A model generated the notes under the pieces. It did no database searches. It was not told the origin of the DNA and saw nothing but the letters and a program-made list of their open reading frames with translations. From positions 21,576,001 through 21,640,000 of the forward strand of contig OZ024742.1 in the NCBI GenBank assembly GCA_964016885.1: a stretch of 64,000 nucleotides of DNA. Direction: 5' to 3'. The DNA comes from Eledone cirrhosa. Its lineage: Eukaryota. Of the stretch, positions 12,270 through 23,425 are shown piece by piece; the stretch's first letter is position 1, and the number at the start of each line of letters is the position of its first letter. The translations under genes were made by a program, and so were the position numbers.

Positions 12270-12900
12270 TGAGGGCTCAAATGGAATTTGTTAACCACGT
12301 TGGAATAACAACCTCAAATTTCAATGATATTACTAACAAAAAAGTTTTTAATTTGGTTCGATAACTTTTGTTTCCCCACTGCGTTATTTTATAGATTATT
12401 GGCTAAGTATGTATGTACTCTGAAGGGAAATAGTAAGTGTACATTGCATGCTTTTCGCAAGATCACTAAGTATATCAAAAGTAGATCAAAAGTATATCAA
12501 ATAAGAATTAAAGCTCTGGCTTCTTTTCAGATAGCCGTCAGGTTAATTCTATCGCAGCATTGTTTGCCACTTATCTAGGATGATATAATAGCAGGCTTCA
12601 TTAATATAAGTTCTTCCAGTTGCATTACACGGCAATAGAACCCACACTGTTTTCCACAATTTCTTTCAAATTTAAACCAATTCAATTAGTTCTATCATCA
12701 TCTAGATTCACACCTTATGTTTCTTTATAAAACATTATTTATGGCATTTTCCAGAAATTCTTCATCTGTACGTTTCATATTTCTCGAATCTTCTTAAGAT
12801 GAAATTTAAGGTCAAATAAGTCGTAGTCGTTAACTTTAACGCTTAAACTACTTTTGATGCATCCAATATGGCATATTATCTACAATAATATTCTGTTGAG
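12270..12900. mobile_element. Possible very decayed pogo/Tigger transposase remnant
   Basis: Minus-strand VLLPCNATG..LMKPAIYH resembles the Tigger-type LLL.ANAAG..KLKP.LIYH. Plus-strand FLIWFDNFCFP resembles F..WF.N.F.P. Fragmentary. Confidence 0.3.
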
Positions 12901-14437
12901 AAGGAATGTAGACATTTAAAAAACGCCATTTTATGTCAACGAGGATGCATTGTTCCGTGTGCAAAGGTTTCAAGTAGGAAAGGAAAGAAGAAGGATATTT
13001 GGAGAAACAATCTGATGATATCAGAAAAATTAAAGTTGAGCACGTAGTAAGGACATTTGAAGCATGAGAGAAGATGATTATGACAAACAAATACACTCAC
13101 AGCTAATGGATATTTGTTTTATTTCGTTTTACAAATATCATGTAACATTTCCCCAATGACATTTCAGCTATCCTTTTTCTGTAAACCAAACACAAGCTAA
13201 TTAAAAATGAACAATGATATATTTTTCATTATATTGCCATCTCAATATTTGCCTGGAAATCAACATTTCAGTAGGGTATGGGTGTCCGATTCCATAGCGC
13301 AGCGATATAACGTTTGAGGGGTCAGTTTCGTAAATAATCTATGACACTGAATATGAATAGGTATGACACTTGAGTAGTTGAAATTGCTGTCGGTAATGAC
13401 AACACTATTTAAAATTATAAGGTTTCAGGCGTGCTTAAAAGGCTTTTTTATTTATTCCATTCGAAAATTGTTTCAAAACAGGTGGAATTTTCCATAGCAA
13501 CTGAAACATATATGAACGAATTTTAGCGATGATCTAACGATATGATCGATAGATGACTACCTCTTACATTATTCTAGAGTTTAACAATTTCCGTTTTTAT
13601 ATATTGCAAGAAAAGTATATTCCCAATACTATCATTATCGGAAGAGATTTCACACGTTAACATATTCCTTCCCATTCAATATTTCTCCATGGATAAGAAT
13701 TAAAAATGATTATACATTACTTATACATGGAGGAACGGTAACTATTTTCAAGCTTATCGTGTATTTCCTATCGCCATTTACCTGATCGATACTGAAGCCG
13801 CTAAGGCATGGATCATTCCGCGCTCGTGTTTGCCTTCACTTAATAAAAGAACTGTTTTCTATCTAAGTCAAGGAAAATAAAATACACGAAATTGTTTATT
13901 TTCCGTGTGTGAAGTAATATTTAGATATCATCTTGATTAACACTAGAAACAGGTAAATAAGTCTGCCATATCATTTCAAACGGCAATCATATTTACTAAT
14001 TCTTCTACCCAATATAAATGACTTTATATTATAAACCTAACAATCTTAATTTATTCCATATTATCATCTTAATATAATTGTGTTAGATGTTGTCTAAAAT
14101 TATGTGTAAAGTAGGATTTTATGATTTTATTTTTTGGATAATAAAAGTTCTTTATGCGTGTATCAATAGCTGATTACATCTTGCCGTGTTTCAATACTTT
14201 ACCACAAAATTCTGTTTCAGCAATTGATGGTTATATTCTAGATTTTATGAATGCATCTCAATATTTAAACTAGATTGAGATACTTTGAGTAAGAAATATA
14301 GAACATGATGGATTTGTAGGAACGCTCTACGCACGTCATATCTTTAGCATTTTCAAAATGCATACAATTTCTTCCAGAGAAGTGGGCAGTGTGAAAGAGG
14401 ATGCGAAAATATCTAGAATTGGACATGTGCTTTATTT

Positions 14438-14600
14438 ATTACGGCCCTTTATGAACTGAGTTCAAATCCCGCCTTTCATCCTTACGGGGTCGATAAAATA
14501 AAGTACCAATAATGCACGTGGGGGGTGATTTAATCGACTTTCCCTATCCCTTCGAATTGCTGGCCTTATGTCAAATGTAGAAACCACTTCTACAGACAAT
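14438..14600 (+). mobile_element. 5'-truncated tRNA-derived SINE
   Basis: B box gagttcaaatcccg plus shared body gtcgataaaataaagtacc. Confidence 0.75.
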
Positions 14601-14689
14601 GTAACTTATGTAAACAATTATAGATGTATGTTTAGGAACCAGCAACAGCAACAATTGCTGGCCTTGTGTCAAAAGTAGAAACAATTATT

Positions 14690-14812
14690 TATTGAGTTCG
14701 AATGAATGAAAAATCAATCCTCGACGGGTTTTGAATTCAAAGCGCAGTTAGCCGGAAAATAAACTGTGAGTTTTAATCCAATACCCTAAAGACTCTACCA
14801 ATTCACTGCTTA
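14690..14812 (-). mobile_element. Degenerate SINE 5' part (related family)
   Basis: Reverse complement reads gcagtgaattggtagagtc... and ...gaattcaaaacccgtcgagg, similar to the SINE head. Confidence 0.45.
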
Positions 14813-15605
14813 ATAAAGAATATAAAAATCCTTAAATAAGTGGAGTCACTCAATGTTAAAATACCGCTGGAAATATTAGTCTCTGCATCATAATCTTCTG
14901 GATATATTAGATAACATCGTTTGTGAGGAAAACATTACTCTTATTCTTATATTCAATACATTCATGAAATACAGCTCTGCACAGATAATAGAAAGTCTGA
15001 AGTAATGATCCTTTTGCAAGGTATTTGATTCCCGATTAACTACTCATGATGATGATTAATAAATAATATTAACTCTTAAACACACCACCATTTTCTTTTA
15101 GAATTGAAGTATTCCAATAACGCAATTAGATAATATATTCAAACTTTCCACCACTATATATGTTTAAAACTAGAATAAATCTAGATTTCGTGAGTTTATG
15201 AAATATACCCCGGCCAGGTCAATACATTAGAGCAGAATTTAGACTTCCCCACAGAGACGGATCACTAAGAAAGTTTTGATACCAGACAGATATATCTCTT
15301 CGTATTTATCACGAATTCTTTGGAAATAATGTGCATGTCATAGATATCGATTTCCTTCTATGGCATCAATCAGAATGCTCACATGTGGGTGGATTTAACA
15401 CAGCATATAGATCATCAAACGAATTATTCTAGAAAGCAGTTTATAGCATAACAGTCATAAGGTTAATGATTGATGATATTGGTAAAAAACTATTTTTTTA
15501 TATTTTGGTCACAAATCGACCTACTCATCAACATATGGCAGAGAAAATAGTGTAATCATTTATTACAAAATGAAAATAAAAAGACATAACATACAAACCA
15601 TATGC

Positions 15606-15950
15606 CTCTTCTTCTTCTTCTTCTTCTTCTTCTTCTTCTGCAGATGTTATCCAACCATCTTGCTCGGTGTCTACCCCTTGTGTTTGCTGTCGGTTGGCTT
15701 TGCCCGCAAAATCTATCAAGCGATTCTTTCCTGAGACACACTAGCCACATACCCATTGTATCGGAGCTGATATCTCACAATTCGGAGAAGAGCAGCTCAA
15801 CTGAGAGTTACTCTCTGATCTCCGAGCTACACACTATATCGAATAACGTTACACCAAAGACGTTTCGGAGGAACCTTATTTCAACCATTTGTATTCGCGA
15901 TAGTTTTATTCAATAATTCTGTGCTCAGGCCTAGCGTTACCTAAGGTCAT
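15606..15950 (-). mobile_element. Degenerate RTE LINE 3' end with (GAA)n tail
   Basis: RIQMVEIRFLR.VFGVT..RGRHRARWLDNI followed by a GAA repeat tail. Confidence 0.75.
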
Positions 15951-16211
15951 GAATCTTGGGTAATATCAGTGTTTCCGGCAACACTATATGAGGGTGTCTC
16001 TCCTACTCTAACTCAGTCACAGATAACACTAATTTATCCTCTGTGGATAATGATCAATGTTGAAGTAGATATTTCATGTTACGTACGATGTCAGTTAAGG
16101 TTCTTCCATTACAACTGTATATATTAGAATTACTATATCAATGACCATCTATTCCATCGATTTAACATGTTTTTCTTCTGTCAGAGAGATGGAGCATTAT
16201 TTTGCCACGTT

Positions 16212-16392
16212 GGGCGGTGGTTTGGCAGTATCGGTAGAGGGTCGGGCTGACGCAAAGAGTTACGGCCCTTTATGGTCCGAGTTCAAATTCCGCCGAGGTT
16301 AACTTTGACTTTCATCCTTACGGGTCGATGAAATAAAGTACCAGTAATGCACTTGGATAATTGCTCGCCTTGTGCCAAACGTAGAAATAATC
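16212..16392 (+). mobile_element. Near full-length tRNA-derived SINE with 13-bp TSD
   Basis: A box tggcagtatcgg, B box gagttcaaattcc. TSD attttgccacgtt at 16199-16211 and 16393-16405. Confidence 0.9.
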
Positions 16393-16878
16393 ATTTTGCC
16401 ACGTTATAATAAATTTACATTACAAGACGTAAAATCATGTAAGAATTTTTTTTAAATGGTATTAGTATTTTGTTGTTTAGTTTTAAAATTATCGTTCATT
16501 TGTAAACAATAAACAACCTTAGATGTGTCAACAACCCTTTGCAGATTAAGTTTTAAGACTTTGTAGGCTTCTCGACAAGACTACTTAATTAATTTAATTA
16601 ATTTTTTTTATTAATAAATTTATTTTCTATATTAACTGTAAGGCATAATGCTAACATTACAGGCTAATCATAGAAAGTTGAATGTATGCACCAGTAAACA
16701 AAATCAAGTTAAATATTAAGTAAATATGATTTGAAATGTGAGCTGATAATTATTATATAACTTGAAAGATGGTGTTTGTCTTGCTGGGGTGCTGAAACAC
16801 GAAACAGTAGATAGGGATAAAAGAAGACAAGACATGTTGATGAAATGTGTGCATTAAGTCCGAGTACTTATTATAATT

Positions 16879-16965
16879 AGGGTGGTGGATTGGTGGTATC
16901 GGTAGAGCATCGGACAACTTGTGTTGCGGCATATAGTTACTGCCCTTTACGTTCTGATTTCATAT
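16879..16965 (+). mobile_element. SINE 5' fragment
   Basis: agggtggtggattggtggtatcggtagagcatcggac matches the head of the 40602 copy. Confidence 0.65.
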
Positions 16966-17582
16966 GCAACCGAATTATCTTTGTTGAGCCGTTTCCAGAT
17001 TTACGTTTCCGACATGATCAAAAACACATTTTTTTTCTATCAGTGTCACTCCCACACAGTCCAACTTCAAACTTTCAGTTACGCTCTAGAAACACAACAA
17101 ATAATACTCACTCGCATACACAAACTTCAAAGACAACTACAACCAAAACACATACATACGTTCGAGTAGTGCATGACTACAATAGAAGGGCTGTCATCTA
17201 CTATATATGTCTAAATATTTGTATGTGAGTCTCTCTAAATATCATATCAATTTTCCCCCATTCTTTCGATTCCGACCGTCACTGTCATAGTTAATCTGAC
17301 CAAGAGAATATCCGGCACGATGAATTAACCTGAAAGTGGATGAGTATTGCTCAGATACGAGTTTATTTAGCGTAGTTTTCATAGGGATACCCTCTGAAAT
17401 TGCAGGTAAATATGGTGTTTCTCCAGTTGAATAAACTGGAACAAAGGATATTAATGTATAATGTTGAAGGAGACAATACAGCACCGTGAACTAACCTCGT
17501 GACTTTCTGTCTTGCATCGAAAACTCTAACGACACACACATATACACAATTATATATATATATATGTGTGTACGTGTGTGTA

Positions 17583-17658
<76 letters not shown>

Positions 17659-17704
17659 GGGGGGGGGGGCGTACGTGTGTGTACCTATATATATATATAT
17701 ATAT

Positions 17705-17890
17705 ATTTAATATAGAAATATCTTCTACAGGACTAGAACTGTTTCATTCGGAGGAAATCATCAGAAAGGGCTTTCTGGTGATTTCCTCCGAATGAAACAG
17801 TTCTAGTCCTGTAGAAGCCATTTCTATATTAAATTACTTTTGCTCTGCTATGTATTGCGTACCTTACTGTGGCTATCAGCGATTTAACCC

Positions 17891-17893
<3 letters not shown>
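17705..17893. mobile_element. Fold-back pseudo-LTR fragment (family D) with two head-to-head hammerheads
   Basis: About 60-bp arms centred near 17769. Minus HHR at 17722-17768 (CTGATGA). Plus HHR at 17769-17819 (ggcttt-CTGGTGA-tTTC ctcc GAAt-GAAA-CAG..CTG-TA-gaagcc). Confidence 0.8.
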
Positions 17894-17910
<17 letters not shown>

Positions 17911-17924
<14 letters not shown>

Positions 17925-18180
17925 TGTATATATATAGTGTATTTTGTAATACACTGTATGCTTAATTAAAAGCATTTTGAAAACCATACGCGAATGTTTT
18001 AAAGTAGCGACTTTGTCGCTTATTCAAATTTTCCGCAGATAGCGGGAAATAAATTGTCTGCCGAAAATTTAAGTAAGCGACAAAGTCGCTACTTTAAAAC
18101 AGTAGCGTATGGTCTTCAAAATGCTTTTAATTAAGCATACAGTGTATTGGAAAATACATTATATATACATTCATATATAT
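17911..18180. repeat. ~270-bp imperfect palindrome within (TA)n
   Basis: About 125-bp arms centred near 18048, with internal hairpins agcgac-ttt-gtcgct. No HHR core found. Confidence 0.85.
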
Positions 18181-18203
18181 ATATCGCTATTTCAGAGCAA
18201 CAA

Positions 18204-18253
<50 letters not shown>

Positions 18254-18257
18254 TATA

Positions 18258-18402
18258 ATAAATGTAATCTGAGTTTTTCGAGTATCAATAATAACATTCG
18301 ATTCGTTTGCAATTATGCAAACAAGCCTCACTTTTATAGCCGTGTCAGTAGAATGAACCCTTCATTCTTGCTCTTGTGTTAGCATGTGAAGTTCTGTTCA
18401 CA
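18258..18402 (-). mobile_element. Short fragment of the 437-nt retrozyme-like family
   Basis: Matches 31905-32033 (ataacattcgattcgtttgcaattatgcaaacaagcctc). Confidence 0.8.
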
Positions 18403-18414
18403 AAAAAAAAAAAA

Positions 18415-18733
18415 TAAATAAATAAATATATAAACAGATTAAATAAAGATGGCGCAGAAAATACAATGCAACGGGAGGAAACAATAGCACCACTGACGTT
18501 GTTGCAGATGTGCAACGAAAGAAATTTGATAGACTATATATATGTGATTGTGTCTATATTGTATCTGTATTTTTGACCGTTGGTCAGCCAATGGCAACAT
18601 TGAGGACCGAATAAATTAAATTAACCGATATAAAAGACACAGAAGCGAAAAGCGAAAACAACCAAACAGTGAGTGTGTTCTGTTATTAATTCTGGCAATA
18701 TTACACAAATATGACCCTCCACAAGTATAACAA
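18415..18733 (+). mobile_element. Solo pseudo-LTR plus tail, same family as 3236-3613
   Basis: Colinear homology. Degenerate HHR at 18493-18525 (CTGACGT). Ends atgaccctccacaagtataacaat+(TA)n. Confidence 0.85.
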
Positions 18734-18857
18734 TATATATATATATAATATGAATGTATGTATATGCGTCCCGGGTTCAATCGGGGGGTAACAACAATTC
18801 TAGTGTTGCAAAAGCCATTTTTAAATTAAATTGTGTTAAATATATATATATATATAT

Positions 18858-19278
18858 ATAAACGTTTGAATATGTATAATAAAGCCAAAACAATGCAGGT
18901 ATGGACATAGAAAAAAGAATGCAATTGCAAAAGATATTGTTGACAATTCGTCTTTTACCTTAGATTTATTTAAATGTCCTTAATTTTTGAGATAATATCT
19001 CTTCTTCAGAGGGAAATAAAGGTCTCAAACCAGCGTTCTAACTAGCTTGATAGTTAGAACGCTGGTTTGAGACCTTTATTTCCCTCTGAAGAAGAGATAT
19101 TATCTCGAAAATTAAGAACATTTAAATAAATCTAAGGTAAAAGACGAATTGTCAACAATATCTTTTGCAATTGCATTCTTTTTTCTATGTCCATACCTGC
19201 ATTGTTTTGGCTTTATTATACATATTCAAACGTTTATACCTCATTACACAATGCTTCAAGTGAACTATAACCTCCTCC
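18858..19278. mobile_element. Fold-back PLE-type element, ~185-bp arms each carrying a hammerhead
   Basis: Centre at 19045-19050. Plus HHR at 19081-19118: CTGAAGA-A-GAGAT att ATCTC-GAAA-AT-TA. The minus copy has GAAA changed to AAAA. Confidence 0.85.
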
Positions 19279-19317
19279 TATATATATATATATATTTGTA
19301 TATAATGTATACACACG

Positions 19318-19392
<75 letters not shown>

Positions 19393-19396
<4 letters not shown>

Positions 19397-21749
19397 GGTT
19401 TGAGGTTCACCACTGTATAGAGCTGGTCTATTCCGTATGGTCAGTCGTAATGCAATAATATAGAGAGTACTCAACGTAAGGCAGTTCAACCGTCTTTGTT
19501 TTTGTAGTTGGTGGTGCTATTACGGAGTTAAATATTATAATGAAATGACAGGAGGCTGGATTTGTGTAAATCCTTGAAAGGTTTATTATACAATGATCAT
19601 TTCAATGACCGGGTTTCGTATGAATCCGGTGATATCATCAGGTATTCGAAATATAATACGTGAATGTAATAGATAAAATCCATGGGGCTGAAAATCGAGG
19701 ACCCGAGGGCGACCGCTATTCTGTTCCTTCAACCTCAGCCGGTCGCCCTGGAGTGACGTGGCTAAAGTTTATAGTATGCTACTACCGGTCAGATAAACGA
19801 AAACAGAAAGGGATGGGAACATAAGTTAGCGTCAATCTCATGACACACGGTAAAAGAAAGAAAGAAAGGAAGGAGAGAGAAGAAGTGGGGAGAAAGAAGA
19901 AGAGAAGCCAGGGTTAATGTCAGCTAAAAGAGGAAAGGCAACTACTACCGGTCAGATATAGGCAAGCAAGAGGGGGAAGGAAGATAAGTCTGCGGGAGGA
20001 AGACAGGGAGAGGGGAGAAGAGAAGGAAGAGAAGAGAGAAGTAGAAAAGTAAGGGTTGATGGCTACAAGAAGGAAGATAGAAAGAAAGAGGAAGAAAGGT
20101 CGATATTAATGTCAGACCACAGTCAGGCCAGGAGTGGCGCGAGAAAATGTTCACAGGGACCCATATCTTAGCAGAGGTTGGGAGTCAGTGTGTTACAGTG
20201 TTTAGACTTCTAGGATGAAGTTAAAAAAATTAATAATAAATATTCAATATTAAAGAGGTTAGAAAATTTAAAGTTCAACAGTTTAACATTTTATTATATA
20301 ATAGTTCCGATTTGTTCTGTAATGTAAAGCTACTATGTGGCGGTTAAAACACCGGCCGCGCCCCGGGCCCCATGGCGAATTAAGTCACGCCGAGTATTTT
20401 CATTTACCGAAAGAAGGGGAAATATAATTTCCCAAGCACTCCAGGTAAGCTCGTGCGCCAGGGAGCTGGTCGCGCCGCCATTAAATCCCACCCAACAGTC
20501 CGACAGAAAGTTGGAACTTTAAAATTTTGCTTAGAGAAGTAGAAAAGTAATGGTTGATGGCTACAAGAAGGAAGATAGAAAGAGAGAGGAGGGAGGAAGG
20601 TCGATATTAATGTCAGACCACAGTCAGGCCAGGAGTGGCGCGAGAAAATGTTCACAGGGACCCGCATCTTAGCAGAGGTGAATATATTGGGAGTCAGTGT
20701 GTTACAATGTTTATACCTATAGGATGAAGTTAAAAAATTAATAATCAATATTCAATATTAAGGAGGTTAGAAAATTTAAAGTTCAACAGTTTAACATTTT
20801 CAGGTTGATATATCTAATAGTTCTGATTTGTTCAGTAATTTAAAGGTACTATGTGGCTGTTAAAACACCGGCCGCGCCCCGGGCCCCATGGCGAATTAAG
20901 CTACGCCGAGTATTTTCATTTACCAAAGGAAGGGGAAATTTATTTTTCCAAGCACTCCAGGTAAGCTCGTGCGCCAGGGAGCTGGTCGCGCCGCCATTAA
21001 AACCCACCCAACAGTCCGACAGAATGTTGGAACTTTAAAATTTTGCTTAACTCTATCGGATGAAGTTGAAAGAATTCAGAATAACATTATAAAACTAAGG
21101 AGTAAGAAGATTGAGAATTGGACAAACAGAAAATTGAAGATTAAACATTCAAATAAATTCTATGAGGTTTTGGGATGCGGGGTTTAATTAAATAGAGTCT
21201 TTTATGAAGAAACGTTAATTGTATTATGTAGATCTGTAATTTATCCTAGTGGATGTAGAGTACGGGATATAGTCATGTAATGTTTAATTTTTGTTCTCAG
21301 GAGGAGACATTCTAGTGCCATGTGGTAATGGGTACAGGTCCCAATGTGAGGAGTAGAAATACATGGATACATAGAAGTGGAATACGTGGAAGAGCACATT
21401 GGTACAGCAAAGGTATAAATATATAAACATATCAATATATAGGTATAAACATGTAAATAAACCAACAAGAGTGGTGTTGGAGTAAGATGGAGAAATCAAG
21501 ACATAGGAGAATTACAATATAGTTCAGGCTGCAGTATTTATGTTCCGGGGGGGGGGGAGACAATCGTGTGTCGTGTGCTAAGGTCCTCGATTTTCAGCCC
21601 CATGGATTTTATCTATTACATTCACATATTATATTTCGAATACCTGATGATATCACCGGATTCATACAGAACCCGGTCATTGAAATGATCATAGTATAAT
21701 AAACCTTTCAAGGATTTACACAAATCCAGCCTCCTGTCATTTCATTATT
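19393..21749. mobile_element. 2.35-kb non-coding PLE-type element with inverted HHR-bearing pseudo-LTRs
   Basis: 19538-19703 is the reverse complement of 21582-21749. HHR at 19601-19650 (-): CTGATGA..GAAA-CCCGG-TC, degenerate copy at 21635-21684 (+). Both ends abut (TA)n. Confidence 0.8.
20035..21049. repeat. Two ~500-bp tandem copies containing a GC-rich block
   Basis: 20035-20533 is similar to 20533-21049. GC-rich blocks at about 20337-20485 and 20853-21000. Confidence 0.9.
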
Positions 21750-21754
21750 ATATA

Positions 21755-21876
<122 letters not shown>

Positions 21877-21881
21877 CATAT

Positions 21882-21955
<74 letters not shown>

Positions 21956-21957
21956 AT

Positions 21958-22103
21958 ATAAAAATATATAATAAATTGAAGTGAAAGCAACTGGTGCGTG
22001 TGTTTCTTATTGGCAACATGACCCTCCATAAGTATAACAATATCGGTTTCAACACACGATTTCAGATAAAGAATCTTGCTAAACAAATTCAGAAACGAAA
22101 TAT
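21958..22103 (+). mobile_element. Isolated 3' tail of family B
   Basis: Reverse complement of 22950-23095, ending at the same point (cagaaacgaaatat). Confidence 0.9.
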
Positions 22104-22112
22104 ATATATATA

Positions 22113-22943
22113 TATAAATAATAGGCTGCTCGTTGCAAATGGTGGGGCATGTGAAAAAGTAGGTCCTTCATCAGTGACCCTCCAACCGTCCCAGGCATTT
22201 CATCGCTTTAAGGGCCATATACCTCAGGTTGGTGCGAACAACGGCTAAAAAAAGTCGTTGGGACACGTAAACAAAGGGGACGCCAGGGTAACAAACAAAA
22301 AAGTTTAAGCAACGGAAAGTGAGAAGAAATAGACAAGTCCCAGATCTCTATGAATATAAACTCGGTGAAATCGTGAACAAGAGACAAAAGACCATCAAAC
22401 CTGGTTGAAATGTGAGCAAGGAAAGAATTTCGCCCAAGTTTGACGGGGGGGGGGGGGGAAGAGAGAAGAAGAAGAAGAAGAAGATAAAGGGGTCTGGTCT
22501 ACGAATTCGGTAAACATAAGTTTTGTGAAGTCGCAGACGAAAGAGAGAGAGAAAAAAATTTCCATACCAGCTTGGTCAAGACCGCGCGAGAAAAGAATTA
22601 CACACAGGTTAAACTTGAAGGAGGAGGAGGAGGAAAGAGGAGGAGGAGGAGGAAAGAGGAGGAGGAGAGGTAGTGACAGAGAATGAGTGAGTGAAAGTTG
22701 AGGAGGAGGCTATCAGAGAGAGAGACTGCTAGAAAGGGTAAAAACGAACAGACGAGTGGCAGCAGAAGAAAAATTATGTGTAAATATATAAATAATAGGC
22801 TGCCCGTTGCAAATGGTGGTGCATGTAAAAAAGTAGGTCCTTCATCAGTGACCCTCCAACCGTCCCAGGCATTTCATCGCTTTAAGGGCCATATGCCTCA
22901 GGTTGGTGCGAACAACGGCTAAAAAAAGTCGTTGGGACACGTA
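22113..22943 (-). mobile_element. Non-coding partial-tandem element (674-bp period, ~157-bp direct repeats)
   Basis: 22113-22270 is similar to 22787-22943. TA-flanked. Related fragment at 32941-32991. Strand inferred from composition. Confidence 0.75.
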
Positions 22944-23176
22944 TATATATATATTTCGTTTCTGAATTTGTTTAGCAACATTCTTTATCTGAAATCGTGT
23001 GTTGAAACCGATATTATTATACTTTGGGAGGGTCATGTTGCCAATAAGAAACACACGCACCAGTTGCTTTCACTTCAATTTATTATATATTTATAAATTT
23101 ATAAATTTACAAATCTACAAACTTATAAATTTCTGGTTGGTTGGTTGGTTCCACAACCAGATAGTTGTTTATATAT

Positions 23177-23221
23177 AGTCATAGTCCTTTCGTCACACAC
23201 TCTGTGACCTCTTCAGTGACT
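23177..23221 (-). ncRNA. Type I hammerhead in 3' pseudo-LTR of family B
   Basis: AGTCA-CTGAAGA-G-GTCACA gagtg TGTGAC-GAAA-GGAC-TA-TGACT. Confidence 0.88.
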
Positions 23222-23425
23222 GGGGATTCCTTACTTTGTTTCTGTGCCTTTCCTTTCTTCTGTCCTACGCCATTTTGTTTCTGTGTGTGTGTTGTGTGCT
23301 CAGTTTGCGCATGCGCGTCATCCGGGTGTCTGTGTGTGTTTGTGTTCATGTATCTATTTGTTTATTTATTTACATGTTGTTGGTTGGTTGTTTGTTCTAT
23401 GTGTGTGTGTGTTTTCATTTTGTCC

